Source: Sphaerodactylus townsendi (lineage: Eukaryota). From it: DNA of 64,000 bases. The stretch spans positions 91,884,001-91,948,000 of the forward strand of contig NC_059429.1 of assembly GCF_021028975.2 (NCBI RefSeq), in the 5' to 3' direction. Position numbers and translations under genes: made by a program. Positions 1-13,425 of this stretch are shown here, piece by piece. Each line of letters begins with the position of its first letter. The stretch's first letter is position 1. The notes under the pieces are model-generated. The model was not told where the DNA came from, did no database searches, and saw nothing but the letters and a program-made list of their open reading frames with translations.

Positions 1-88
1 GTCCTAATGTGTGGAAATGGGTAGTTTAATTTTTTCACAGCATGAAGGAAAATAAGATCTATTAATATCTATTAATATCAGAGAATAA

Positions 89-1110
89 TCTATATATATA
101 TAAAGCTAACAGTGACTTTGTTAGTCACTCCCTAACGCTGAAACGGCTGGACAGATCGCCCCCAAATTTTCACATGATGTTCCTCCCTGTTGTGGGCAGG
201 TAATCGGACCTTCAAATCGCCGAAAGTCCATACCTGAGCCAGGTAAAACGTCTTTTTCCTGGCGCACCAGGCCATGAAGCTGTTTGTGTTTAACTGTCAC
301 CCTTAGAATGTTCGTAGTAGCTCTGTCTGTCTCAGGCCTGAGGGTTTAGAATGCTCTGCGCAGATGGGCAGAGATGAGCAGCAAGTTTGTGCCAGTAACA
401 ACACCTTATGCACACGAGTGGAAGTGAAACACATACACACTTTGCCGTGTGAGACACCAGGTGGGGTTCCCCCCCCCCACATGCAGGTAACTTTCACTCT
501 CTGTGCTTCACCCACTGCTACCACACAACACAATACTCTCATACACATCCAGCTCATCCTCACACACCTCACTCTACCCTCCCTCACATCCAACCACCAC
601 TTACCCACTTCCTCACCCATATTCACCACAGCTCTCTTTTACTAAAAGCAAGCTGGAGTTTGCCTTTTTCTTCTAAGAAAATCCACGGGGTGGGTGGGGG
701 CGAACCAACACTACTGCCTCCGCTTCTTTTGCACATGGCCCTTTAAGAACCCAGGGAGCTGGCCTCGATCTGAGCGCCTCACCACCCTGCCTCTGCTGCC
801 TGTATCTGTGGGATAGCTTCCCTGTCTCCAGTTCTGCCTCACTCTGCCAGGACTGCAGTGTCAACCAGCCCATGGACAGCGGGATTCGCACTCTGGACAG
901 TTCCGTTGTGGAATGGAAAGGGTTACATTATACTAAAAAAACAAGACACCACCATATAACAATGTGAATCGAAAAGGGAAAGAGGGATTCCATTTGACCA
1001 CCCCAAAAGGCTATGCTGGGGATCATTGGACCTGCATGGACATCTGTGTGGGTTGCAGACTGTGATGAGAAGGACAATTGCCACAGCAACATGTGGCCGG
1101 GCCCCGCTAG
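89..1110 (+). mobile_element. Non-autonomous Helitron (~1.02 kb)
   Basis: Begins A|TCTATATATATATAAAG at 89; ends with a GC-rich subterminal segment (CCACAGCAACATGTGGCCGGGCCCCG) followed by CTAG|T at 1107-1111. Inserted between A and T with no TSD, which are canonical Helitron termini. Confidence 0.75.
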
Positions 1111-1401
1111 TATCTATTAAAACTGCATTAAAGGATGGAACAGTTGTACTCCAGGAAGCTGGCAACCATATGCATATTGGAGTGTATATGGCAAAGTGCT
1201 GTGTAGTTTTATGTTGATGCTTTCTATTGTATCCATGTTTCAGTTTCTTTTGTTTAAGGTACTTGCAGCCCATCTTGAGTCTCAGTAAGAAAGGCGGAGG
1301 ATAAATGCAGACAATAAATAAGCTAAGCAGAATTATACCCATCTATGTCCATTGAATTTTATGAGCACAGAAGTCTGTAGCCCTTATTTGGATGGCCCAG
1401 T

Positions 1402-1580
1402 CTAGCCTTCTCTCATAATTTCTAGGAAGCTAAGCAGGATTGGCCCCTGACTTGTACTTAGATGGGAGACTACCAAGGAAGTCCAGGATTGCTATGGAGA
1501 GGCAGAAAATGGCAAACCACCTCTGTTTGTATGGGGGTACCATAAATCAGCTGTGACTTGCTGGCACTTTTCACAACCAA
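1402..1580 (+). mobile_element. 5S rRNA-derived SINE (SINE3-like), decayed
   Basis: GAAGCTAAGCAGG...GTACTTAGATGGGAGACTACC resembles the 5S rRNA box A/box C region. The tail CCATAAATCAGCTGTGAC is shared with the copy at ~51.6 kb. Confidence 0.6.
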
Positions 1581-1816
1581 ACATATGTTCTTAGTATTGC
1601 ACTATAAGCTAAGTACCATAAATTCTCCCATACTTATTAATTAAAAAAATTATTGGGATTATGACTGACTAAACATTTATTATTTTTTTCAGCTCTATTT
1701 AAATGTTTGTTGTCACTGCCTGATCATGAAAAATGGCCAACCTTATGTCCACTGATTTTTGCAATTTAAAATTAAAGGAAAGTTTAATACCACTATATAT
1801 TCTGTTTTCTCCCTAG

Positions 1817-4800
1817 GGCTTGGTTCTCAAATCAATGGTGGTTACAGAAAATACAATTCAGTTGTTGATCTGAGACCTAAGGCATTTGAAGATGACTACT
1901 TGGCTGATGATGAGATACCACCGCCACCATCAGTACCTCCTCCTCCACCACCACCATCAGTACCTCCTCCTCCTCCACCACCACTGCCATCTTCCATTGA
2001 CCTACCAGCACCTCCAACTTCAGTGGAAGGTCCATTCCTACCTTCATTGGAAGTTCCACCTCCACCTCCAGTGCCTCCTCCACCCCCACCCCCACCAGCA
2101 ATGTCAGCTCCTTCTCTTTCATCATTGGCTCCGCCTTCATACCCATATTCTAATTTGTCTTCTCCTACCACTCCTTCTCCACCAGACTTCATTCCTCCTC
2201 CTCCTCTAGCTTTTATGGATAGTGTAGCCTCTCCTACAACTCAGTTTCCAGCACCATGTCATACTCCACCTCTTTCAAATGGTGTCTACAAATGGAAATC
2301 TGAGTGTGTTCTAAATCTGAGGGAGCCATATGATGGCTCTCACAATCCAGATTTGACTGTTCCACCCAGCCCTACCCAAACCAGCCCAGATCCTCACCAA
2401 ACTTTCCCTAGGTCATTAAAAGTACCTCCCCCAACCCCTGTGAGATCATCATCTATTCCTTCAGGAGACAAAGAACCAAGTCCAAGAGATGAACAGGCTC
2501 CTAAGATTGTTCCTCACAGCCGACCTGCATTGCCACCTAACTGTACAATCCGGACTGCAGCCACAGTTCACTTAGAGGGAGAAGCTGGACAGAAAACTCC
2601 TCTGGAAAAACAAATGATGGAAAAACCTGTATTCATCACCGAACCTGGGACTCCAAAACCAACACCAAAGTACAATGGCTTTTCTGCCTCCCCATTGAAA
2701 CATGAGGTACAAAAAGAACTGGTGTCACAACAGGCAATATTGAAAGACTGTTCTCAAAAACCAGTGACTCCACATGCAGAAGAACCAGAGCTTCCTTCTC
2801 CAGACTGGGCACCCTCTGATGATGAAGAATGGAAGGAACGCAGCAATCTGGACAAACTGAAGCATGAACTGTCAGCCCTGCTGTCCTCGTCCTACAGAAA
2901 GGAAGACAGACAGCTGGAGAAAGCTGTAGTTCCCAAGAGTAAAGCCAGCATTACTGATAGTGGCCAAGTTAGTTTAGAAGAATTAAAACAAGCTAAGCCT
3001 TCCATAACTAGCCCACAATCACCTGCAGGGCCAGACAGTGAGAGGAAAGAAAAAATATCAGGCAATGCACCATCTGCAGGCAGAGTTTTGACGGATAACA
3101 TTAACTCAAATCCAGATAATAAATCTACCAGCATGCAAGTGAATTGTGTTCTGAAATTCAAAAATGAATTGGAAGCTTTGTTGTCTCCAACCAAGGATGG
3201 GGGACCACCCTTGGCTCTTGCCAATCTGAAGCACAACCCAGAACCAAAGAAACAAATTACTCTTCAATTTGGTGGCAGCGAGTCCAAGACTCCAAAACCC
3301 ACAATAAATCAAAATACACCAATATCTGAAGTGACAGAAAAAGAGCCTGAGATTTCTAGTGCTTCTACAAATAATTCCCCAGCTGAAAACATTTGTAAGC
3401 CCCCAGCCTCCCCTCTGAAACTCAAGCCTGAACTCTTGGTTCCAGCTGCATCTTTGTCAGCCTCTTCTGGAACTGCCTCACCTGTTCGACCTTTCAGCAT
3501 GGACCTTTCTCACCTACAGTACAAGACACATAGGACAAGATTTGCCTCCACTGATAGCCTGTCCTCTGTGACTTCTTCTCAAACTGCAGAAGATGGAGCT
3601 ATCAACACAAATAATAATGAAAACCAAAGAGACTCTATTAACCACAGGTATTCAGAGACACCAGCAGTCATCAGGAACTCAGAGCAACTGAACAGTAATG
3701 TTTTGATCCATCCTGTAACAGGAGAGGAAGTTGAGAGAGGCTCCCCTATGGCTCTTCTCTTAGCTGCACAACAGCGGGCCCAAAGAGGCAGGCGTTCTGC
3801 CTCAGCTTCACGACAAAACAGTTCTTCATCTGAGAGGCCTCAGTTCAAATTATCAGAAAAGCTGCTCAACAGCAGCCAATCAGAGACTATGTCATCCACC
3901 ATTTATTACAATGATTCCAAGCCTAACACTGTCAGGGTTGTTCCAAAGGGCTCTCAAAGGGAATCCCTTGCAGCCTCAGAAAGTAGGCAGTCTAATGGAG
4001 TAAGTCCATCTGATAATAAGGTTTGGGGCTTTTCTGACTTAGGGCAGAAAGAACATAAGCTACAGTTGTTCTCCAGCACCTCAGAACAGTCCAGGGATTT
4101 GCACACATTCAGGGAGAGCGAATCTCAGAATCTTCCTCCATCAAATGAGTGTCATGGTTCCGTTTTGGTTCCAGAACGCTTGGAGTCCAGTCACATTAAG
4201 CAGCAGGGCTCTTCCAGCATGTCTGACACTCCCCTCTGCTCTCTTACTCAATCCCAAATCCACACCAGTAACAATGAGGTAGAAGGTGGCTTCAGTTATG
4301 AAATAATTCCGCCTCCACCAGAGTTTAGCAATGATGACTGTGGAGTCACAGAAGTTTCTTCAAAGGGGGAAAGGATGCCCAAAGACTTCCACACCTCAGT
4401 AGATGATCAAGCTTCAGATGAACAAGTCCATTTCAATAATTCAAGCTATACCTATGGCAACAGCTATTCCCGCAAATCGAAGCCTGCTTTAGAAAACAGT
4501 GGGCGGCCTAGTGGATATAGTCACCATTACTTAGGTGGAAGTTACCCTGCTAGCTACCTCAGTTCCTACTCTGATAGCCGCCCTCTGATTAAGAAGCGCC
4601 TTTATGTGTCAGAGCCTGATGGATCGTATGACAGACAAGCCATTTCCACTCGCATTGTAAACACACCCAGTTCCTACTCCCACAATACAATGACATACAG
4701 TTCCCAGTTCATGGACGGAATGCGCCGGAACTCTACTCATAGAAACAGCAATGCACAGGGCAGGAGGATGTCACTGGAAGTGCCTGGGAAAATGGTGACT

Positions 4801-4868
4801 TATAATAATGCTGCCAGTGATGCCAAGTATAAAGGGCAGAATGGAGAGTATTCTACCAGTACTGGCAG
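1817..4868 (+). CDS. C6orf132: C6orf132-like proline-rich protein, large internal exon (gene 5' end lies outside the window)
   Basis: Acceptor TTTTCTCCCTAG|G at 1816/1817, donor AG|GTAAGT at 4868/4869, open over 3,052 bp. Motifs LDKLKHELSALL, HPVTGEEVERGSPMALLLAAQQRAQ, IIPPPPEFSND and RPLIKKRLYV match what I recall of C6orf132. Confidence 0.85.
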
Positions 4869-5091
4869 GTAAGTTCCACTTATAAATTTAAACATTGTGA
4901 GCCAAGAGCAGCTGGGAAATGCTGCTGGTGCCATCTTAAAATCTTCTACTTTCTGCTGCCTGCTAAACAGAGCGATATTTCTATGTTCCAGACTAGAGTG
5001 GGAAAATCTTGTCTCTCTACTTTTATTGGGGTTCAAGTCTTTTTAACACAATGTTCTGTCTCTGATTATTGCAATCCATAATGACCTAGAG

Positions 5092-5239
5092 CAGGGGTAG
5101 GGAACCTGCGGCTCTCCAGATGTTCAGGAACTACAATTCCCATCAGCCTCTGTCAGCATGGCCAATTGGCCATGCTGGAAGGGGCTGATGGGAATTGTAG
5201 TTCCTGAACATCTGGAGAGCCGCAGGTTCCCTACCCCTG
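5092..5239. mobile_element. 148-bp palindromic hAT (Charlie-like) MITE
   Basis: TIR CAGGGGTAGGGAACCTGCGG; near-perfect palindrome centred on TGGCCAATTGGCCA; perfect 8-bp TSD ACCTAGAG (5084-5091, 5240-5247). Confidence 0.9.
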
Positions 5240-6427
5240 ACCTAGAGAAACACCGCTATATGGGCAAGCCAAAGACAAGTGCACATACCTGTTACACAGT
5301 CCATGAACTGATGGATTTTCTCTAATTCTTAGAAGTAGTTAGCAGAAGTGACTGCCATATACTCTTTTTGTCTAGTAAAGTTTCTCCTCCAAATATATCA
5401 CCTTGCATTAGGAGTGAAAACTGAAGTGCCATATTTTTCTTGCTTCCTTCTGGCCCACTAGCCAACCTACCTTTATCACCACTCCCCATTCCACTTCAGG
5501 CCAAGCCCAGTAGTGAGTGGTACCTCAGATTCCCCTGTATCTCTCTCCCTACACTATTTCACTATTTCCCTCTTCCTAGCAATCTGCATATCCACACCTT
5601 CCCTTGCTCTCGTCTCTCCTTCCCATTCACCTACCAACCAACATTTTATCTGTCCCTCTTCAGCTGTATTTTATTTACTTCAGTTATACCCTGTATCTCT
5701 CCACAGTGAGGACCCAACTTTGTTTACATCATTCTCCTGTCTTCCATTTTATCCTCACAACAACTCTGTGAGAGTGGTTAGGATGTGAGACTGGTACAAA
5801 ACCTCCCAGTGAGCTTCTGCACTAGAATGGGGATTCAAGCCTGGGTCTCCCAGAGCCTAGTCTGAAACTCCAACTGCTATACTAGCCTTCATGGGTTGGC
5901 TGCCATTGATCAATAGCAAACATCCAGGATTAGGTGAGTCATTGCGTGCTAGGAAATTGTGTGGTAGTTGCTGGTGGACCTGAAGAGTTCTCACAAAGTC
6001 CAGAACAGCTCTGGAAAAGACTGCCTTTTATTGACAGACACCAAGGCTTCAAGGCTGACCATGCTATTGTGGATGCCTAGGAGCCCCCATAATGGCCACT
6101 GAGAGAACATTAGTTTCTTAAAGCTACCAGGTACTGCTTCCATTTTGGGAGGAGTTAACCCCCCCCCCATGACCCCCCATGTATTTTTTAATATTTCAGA
6201 TTTTTATGCAAACTTGAGGTTTTTCTCATGTTTGTATAAAAATCTGTCTTTTTTGTCCATGGTTCAAATCATAGGACTTAAGTATCCACAGATGGCCCCA
6301 TTTTGACACTATATTGATGATACACACACACACATTTACTTCACAGGCTCACTGGCTGAATTGTACAACCCAGAGTTTCCATTCATTTGATTGTAATTTT
6401 TTTTGCCTTTGTTTCCCCCTTATTCAG

Positions 6428-6533
6428 ACCTTCCCATGAAAATCTACACTATGGTGGGACTGCAAATACATTTACAGTCAGGCCTGGAACAAGACAGCCC
6501 ATTTCTTATGCATACCAAGGAGGTCTTCGATAA
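6428..6533 (+). CDS. C6orf132: C6orf132-like terminal coding exon
   Basis: Acceptor CCCCCTTATTCAG|A; phase 2 joins the previous exon to give R-PSHENLHYGGTANTFTVRPGTRQPISYAYQGGLR*, matching the recalled C6orf132 C-terminal motif NTFTVRPGTR.PISY. TAA at 6531-6533. Confidence 0.85.
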
Positions 6534-7661
6534 GGAGTAAACTCTGCTGTTTCACACGCAGCTTGGACAATGCATCACAGAACTCTTCTCCTAAGCTTTG
6601 CAGGGTCTCTTCCTTAAGTAGTTCTTTAGGGAGATACAAGAGCCTGCAAAGAGGTCTCCAGTTTTCCCAGTACCTTCTTGTCAATAGAACTGTTGTAAGT
6701 TATTGGGGCGAAGGGTAAGTCTTCTGAACTGATAGCCTGCTTCTAAAGTCTTCTACGCATTATGAGTTCTGAGGCAAGTGACAGCATGCACTGATTCATC
6801 AGGACCAATTACTTAATTTATATGCTTTAAGCAATTAAGCTTCCTTGTGTCTAGGGCTAGCTAACAGGTTACTTACCTGTATGCAACATTCTTGCATCGC
6901 CTTCGTAAATGTGCTTCACTTATTCCAAAAATAGAGCAAAGGAAGACTGGACATCCTAATCTCAGGCAAGGGACGGACAAGGGAGAGTCCAGCAACAGAA
7001 AAGTGTCTAGTACAGGGTCCAGGATGAGATGGACAGCTGAGGGACATCAGCCAATTAAAACACAAAACTGAATCCTAGAAAATCCCAGTGTGAGGAAACT
7101 GATAGCACAGCTATGAGAATGGAGAAGGGTTAAGGTACAGGTCAGGCAGAATAGATGAAGGGGACAAGGGTTGCCTACATTTTGGATCATTTGAGTTTTT
7201 AAAATGATAAATTATTATACAAAAAACAATTTAGCAGCTGAAACCTGGTTGTATAGGCCAGGACTTGACTAATGTCCTGTGGTTCTAGAAGCTAGGCCAA
7301 AAATTTAGAAGCTAAACTACTATTTCAGTCTTCAGCCATATGTTTTAGCTGTCCTCATGAAATTTCTAGTTGTCAAGGGATTTGTCAAGGTCTGGCCGTG
7401 GCGTAGTCATCTTCAAGCCCATAAGAGCTTCTGTTATTGAATTTGTGCTTGTTATGTAGCTTAAAGATACAAGAACCCTGACAGAGGCCACCCTAGGTGA
7501 TTAAGCCAGCCAGTCATGGATCTATTGGGAAATGAGAGAGGGCTCCTTCCCTAGTTCTCCACCAATCTCTTAATTCCTGCTATGATGTAAAACTAGTCCT
7601 ACTTGTAGGAAAAGGCAGGTAGCACAAGGCAAAAGGGCAGCTCAAGATAGAAGATGAGAGG

Positions 7662-8192
7662 GGAGTATCGTGTCTAGATCAAGGGATGTAATGGTACCTC
7701 TCTATTCTGCATTGGTTAGACCTCACCTGGAATATTGTGTACAGTTCTGGGCACCGCAATTCAAGAAGGACATTGGCAAGCTGGAACGGACCCAGAGGAG
7801 GGAAACCAAAATGGTAAAAGGTCTGGAATCCATGCCCTACGAGGAGAGACTTAGGGAGCTGGGTATGTTTAGTTTGGTCAAGAGAAGGTTGAGAGGTGAC
7901 ATGATAGCCATGTTTAGATATTTGAAGGGATGTCATGTTGGTGAGGGAGCAAGCTTGTTTTCTGCTGCTCCAGAGACTAGGACCAGGAGTAATGGGTTCA
8001 AGGTGAAGGAAAAGAGATTCCACGTGAACATCAGGAAAAACTTTCTGACAGTAAGACCTGTTCGACAGTGGAACGCACTACCTCGGAGTGTGGTGGATGG
8101 CGATCTGTCAGGAGTGTTTTGATTATGTGTTCCTGCATTACATGGGGTTGGATTTGATGGCCCTTGGGGTCTCTTCCAATTCTATGATTCTA
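7662..8192 (+). mobile_element. CR1 LINE, 5'-truncated 3' end
   Basis: ORF2 C-terminus [20 protein letters not shown]...YEERLRELG...RRLRGD; ends in the CR1 terminal repeat TTCTATGATTCTA. Confidence 0.92.
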
Positions 8193-10010
8193 GTCCCATA
8201 GACAAAAAACAAAACAAAAAAACTCCTCCTCAGACCTATTTTGACAGTTTATCATCTTGCAGAAAAATAAACCAGGGATCCCCCCACCCCCTGTAAATAT
8301 TAGTGTAAATTTACAAACCCCATGCAGTCTCCCCTTGTCCCTTTTCCTGGCATTAGGTCTCTTTCATGTAAAATAATATTTCAAGAATGTGGCATAATTC
8401 CAAAGAGGTCATTTTTTTAGGTTGCTAGTATTGTCCGTGAGGCCTATTTTATATGTACATCAAACAAATTTATTTTGGACTATTAAGCACAGTAAAGAAA
8501 ATGGTATTATAGAAGCTCCAACTTTTCCCATCCCTGCAGCATTATGACACGACAGGCTACCTTTTAAAGGTGGTAGGGCTCTGTATGTGCATCTGGTCAC
8601 TATTGAGGTTGCCAGCTCTGGGTTGGAAGTTCCTGGAGTTTTGGGAAGTGCATACTGGAAAGGGTGGGACCACAGTAAGTCACAATGCCATAGATCTGAC
8701 CTTCCAAACCTACCATTTTATCCAATTTTGTGGCCTGGAGCTCAGTTGTACTTCTGGGAGATCTTCAGGCCCTGCCTGGAGGTCAGCAACCATAGTCCTT
8801 ACACTTGTTTATAGGCATGTGTGTCCATAATATTTAGGGCTTGCAGAGAGGTTAGCTCTCCATTATGGAAAAAAAACAGTTATCCTACTGAAGTTGGGTA
8901 GTTGTTTTGTGTATAACAGGGCACAAGAGTAACCTCCAAACATTACAGAAAATACATAATATGTTGTGGCATGGGAAAAATATGAAGTGGTCATCTACCT
9001 TATTGAAAGGTAAATGTATGTGTAAAGGAAGTGGCTTGGAATAAAAAAGGAATTTGCACAACCAGCCTAACTTTTCATCGCATTTTAACTGTAGAAAAGC
9101 TATGTGGCATCCATATGTAAGTGTAAGGACTGAAAAAATAAATGCAAGGCCTGCAAAGGATGAAATCGTCTATATAAAAACACACTTTGAAACATGCCTC
9201 ATTTTCTTTTGCTTTTATTTTCTTCCATAAACAGCATCTCCACTCTAGCACATGATTGCATGTTTAGACAGGCATTACCCTTAGCTTCTATGTCCAGTCA
9301 CTTGACTGTCCAGGGCAACTGCCAGGCCACTGTGTGAAACAAGATGCTGAGCTAGATGAACCACTGATCTGATCCAGCAGGGCTCTTGTATCGACGCAAA
9401 CTAGACTTAAACCTACATTAAAGTGGGGGAAAACTATGCTATTTTGGAACAAAGTATTTTGCAATGAGTGCTGATGGCTGTGCACGCCACAGTATGGTCA
9501 CCTGTGACAGCTGATAATATTTGATTGTGTCAGATGGTGGAAAAGAAATTTCCGATAATAGGTTGCATCCCTTCTATCCCAGGGCTAAGAGCAATACTTT
9601 CCTGCAGCCCAAGGAGGCTTCTGCTGATGGAAGAAACCAGGGGAAAGGACAGCTGTTAGTGGTCTAGATCCACAGGGGGTATCCAACGTGCAGCACATTA
9701 TACATTACTGAGAATGTAAAGGGTTTGTTATTAGCTTTAATTTTAAAAAATTACTTGTATCGTCTCTCTCTTGCTCCTGAAGTGGCTTACATTGTTCTCC
9801 TTTCATCCATATTATCCTTACAGAAGTAGGTTAGGGTTAGGTTGGCTTCCACAGCAGAGTTGGCATTTGATCGTAGGTCTCCCAGATCCTACTAGTCCAA
9901 CACTTTAACCACTACACTACACTGGCTGCTACTGACTGTGAGCTAAAGAAAATTTTTGTATATATTAAAAGAACTATATGCTGTTCTCTGACAGAAAGAA
10001 CAAAATCGAT

Positions 10011-10530
10011 GGCCGTTTCCGCATGGGCATTAAATGGCGGCCTGGAGACGGTAAAAACACTGTCTCCAGGCCGCCATTCACACGGGGGGTGCAGCTGCAA
10101 CGCAGCTGCGCAGCCCTCGCGCCGCCCACCCAGCCTGAAGCCGGTGTTTCCCCAGAGCGCTTCCCAGCGCTCTTTTTGGGGAAAAGCCGCCAGAAGCCGC
10201 TGCCGAAATTTAACGGCAGCAGCTTCACGGGCGCCTCCCTTACCTCGGGAATTACTTTATTTCATCCCGGGCCTCATGCGCGTACCGAGGCCTGGTCAGA
10301 CGCTTCCCTGCCCTGCGCCGCTGGAGCAGGCACTAGGGCCAGGGGGGCCGTTCCTAGGCTCCCGCGACGCACCGGAGGCCCGGGGACATGCTGGGTCGGC
10401 CGGGCGCCAGCGCTCCGTGGCGCCGGCTGCCCGGCTGTTCCCAGGACCGTCCGTGCGGACAGTCCCAGTGTCGTCGGGTCGGCGTCGGAAACGCCGACCC
10501 GGCCGTTTCCACCTTCGTGCGGAAACGGCC
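10011..10530. mobile_element. GC/CpG-rich non-autonomous DNA transposon (PIF/Harbinger-like MITE)
   Basis: TIR GGCCGTTTCCGCA...TGCGGAAACGGCC; internal hairpin at ~10034-10078; TIR related to the element at 41030-41582. No clean TSD, so the superfamily is tentative. Confidence 0.7.
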
Positions 10531-11513
10531 ATACTGATAGCTGTAACATCCATATTGAGGTTGGCAAGACAGTTTGTAAACAGAGTTGGGTACTGAAGCA
10601 AAACTAGCTCCCAGCCATTGAACTTTAAACATATAATTTATTCCCCATACCAATCGAGCAGGTGTCTTATGCATTTCTGGGAATGCAATCAGGATCAAAC
10701 TCCAGCTGTTTGCCTTTGGTAGCATAAAGCAGCCACAGGGATTTAAGTACAGTCACAGACTGCTTTAACCAGCCCAGCGCAAAAGATATACTTTGTATAG
10801 CTATTTTTAAACATTCATGAACTCCAAAGGAATCATTAACTCACTAGGTAAATTATCAGCACAACCTGCAATAGGCCTGAAGGCTGGCAATACTAACTAT
10901 ATGCACAATTTCAACTTGTTGGAAGGAGCTCTATTTATGAAAATGCCTTCAAATGCACGTCTTTGCTTGCAGGGCTAATTTACAGATTTTTTAAATACTT
11001 AGATGAACTTTCAAATTGCTAGGCTTGCATTAAAAAATACATTCCTCATATTAGTTCACTTTGGGGCAGAATAAGCAGATTTGGCATTGTGGTGCACAAT
11101 TCTTTCAAAAACTGGGCTCCTGAGAAGTACTTCTCCATTTGAAATGCAAAATTGTTATGATATGCAGCACCAATCCTCAATAGCGTGGAACCCATATTAT
11201 TGGAGCTATGTGAGATCGAGTCGGGGGAAAACAGCCAGTAATCTATGGTTTCATTACATTCCCCCATGTGCATGCTGTGCAATTAGTTAAAACGCCATGT
11301 GAGCAGATGTAGTAGGATGGAGAGCCTTTTTTCACATTATGAAAGGAATGTGTAGGCATGATTGCCTTACTGTATACAATGGACATATTCTAACATAGGT
11401 AACTGCAATACAGACCATTTTGTGTGTTCTGCCAAGTTCAACTCTGATTTCACTATTTAACTATGGTGCAGTCCTTGTACCTCAACAGAAGGGCTTGAGG
11501 AGATTGGCTAGAA

Positions 11514-11711
11514 CAGGGGTCTGCAACTGCCTGCTCCATTGGGCAGAAGGGGTTTCCCTACCTCCGCCTCCCAGCGCTGGAAGGAAAGGTGAGTGGAGGG
11601 ACCAAACTGGAGGTGGCTCTGTGCAGAGCTGCCTTCCGGCTCGGTAGATCTTCGGAGCCATGGAAAACGGGTCCAAATGGCTCTTTGGGTGGTAAAGGTT
11701 GCCTACCCCTG
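11514..11711. mobile_element. hAT MITE (198 bp)
   Basis: CAGGGGTCTGCAAC...GGTTGCCTACCCCTG termini; perfect 8-bp TSD GGCTAGAA. Confidence 0.85.
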
Positions 11712-12744
11712 GGCTAGAAGGAAATGGAATCATGAAAGCACATAAAACCATTTTCCGAAGTCTCGTTTAAAATGGAATTTTCAATAGATGTCTAACGATG
11801 GAAGAATCTTGTTTCACTTCCTAATATTCAAGGAACTAACACCAAAATTCTACATGAGGCATTAGATCAAAATATATTGTGTGTGCTGCATCTCAGGGCA
11901 AGTTCATGGATTACTGCAAAGGCAAAGCCATCACTTCCCATGCCTTTATACCCACAGTAACATGCAAACAGGAAGAATGCGAGTCACGCTTATGACAGGT
12001 TTTAACACACACACACACACACACACGTATTACAGCCAAGTGAAAAGTCTCAAGCTTCCAACTACCAGGCTGGTTTGGTAATGTATAAATATGCCCTTAT
12101 ATCCCACTGGCTTGCCTACTGTTGATTCTGTATTAAGTCAGCCTCTGCCTTCTTTATAAGCAATATTGAATGAACCATCATGAGAGACGCATACTCCTGA
12201 GAGCCGGATAAGGCATACAGGCAGCAAAGCTGGTTCTGCCACTTACCAAGGCTCATGCTATAAATAGGACTCTTCAAAGCTATCCATGCAGCAACTTTCA
12301 GCAAGCCCCAACATGAGAACCTTTTAAAACTGCACACAGTTCCATTAATCTTCCGACAAACCACTAACAAAAACAATGGCAAAGTATAATGAATACCGCC
12401 ATACGTGGGGTTTTTTTTTTACAATGGCCTCCTTAAATGTACCATATGTGCATAAACAACATTCACAGAATCTCTCTCCACTTCTAAACATTTTTATACA
12501 AATTAAAATTCTAGAAAATGTGTATTATATTGCAATACAAATTGAATAAGGTCAAGAACAGAAGACATTATGATGCTTGCATCTTCTTAATTTCATAATT
12601 CTGCGCAAAGCAGAGATGACAGAAGAAGTGAATTGAGCTCCAAAGGGAACAGAAGCCTCACCCACCACTCCTAATCACTGGAAATCCTGTCTTTGAAAAA
12701 CTGCCCACTCTGAATACTAATCTTAGAAGCCACAAGGACTAGAA

Positions 12745-12981
12745 CAGGGGTAGGGAACCTGCGGCTCACAAGCCGAGCCGCTGGCCCCATCCTGCAGGCA
12801 GCAGGGCAAGCGCATCCATGCGCTTCTCAAAATGAGCGGAGTAAAAGGTAAAAAAAACCCTATATATATAGTGTTATCTTTATTTTAAATGTCAACAATT
12901 ATTTGCGGCTCCAAATGTTTTCTTTTCCCGTGGAAAATGGGTCCAATTGGCTCTTTGAATGTTAAAGGTTCCCTACCCCTG
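12745..12981. mobile_element. hAT MITE (237 bp)
   Basis: TIR CAGGGGTAGGGAACCT / AGGTTCCCTACCCCTG; perfect 8-bp TSD GACTAGAA; 3' end homologous to the 11514 element. Confidence 0.88.
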
Positions 12982-13293
12982 GACTAGAAGCTTGAAGAAA
13001 GCTGCGATTCTCACGATGTCTAAATTCTGAGCTTTGCTACGCTTGTACTGAATTCACACATCTATGGGTAGACACAACATGTCTGCACTTTTTTTTCTTC
13101 TGTTTTTGAGGCTTTTGAGAATTGCATTTGCAACAGACCTCTGTAAGCCTTAATATTTGCCATAGTTTTCATTGTGGCCCTGCTACACAATCTTAAGGGA
13201 GAAATTTTTAAGCTTTCTACATTCAAAGTTTATATATCCTTTTTACAGCAATCTTGCCACAGAAGTCACACATACTAGCAGAAGACTGTAGAA

Positions 13294-13425
13294 CATAAGT
13301 GTCAAACTCACAGCTCTCCAGATGTTATGGACTATAGTTCCCATCATCCCCTGACAGCTTGCTGGTAGGGGATGATGGGAACTGTAGTCCATAACATCTG
13401 GAGGGGTGCGAGTTTGACACCTATG
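13294..13425. mobile_element. Palindromic hAT MITE (older subfamily)
   Basis: CATAAGTGTCAAACTC...GAGTTTGACACCTATG; internal palindrome homologous to the 148-bp MITE; TSD degenerate. Confidence 0.75.

Noticed and set aside
1759-1816. ORF-track start of the 1037-aa ORF
   Set aside because: Starts at TTG in intronic sequence upstream of a clear splice acceptor at 1816.
1877-2209. Gly-rich, His-rich and Val/Glu-rich ORFs
   Set aside because: Alternate-frame or antisense shadows of the polyproline codons.
9974-10725. Overlapping 100-200 aa ORFs
   Set aside because: Stop-poor GC-rich MITE with no recognisable domain; the same applies to 41071-41684.
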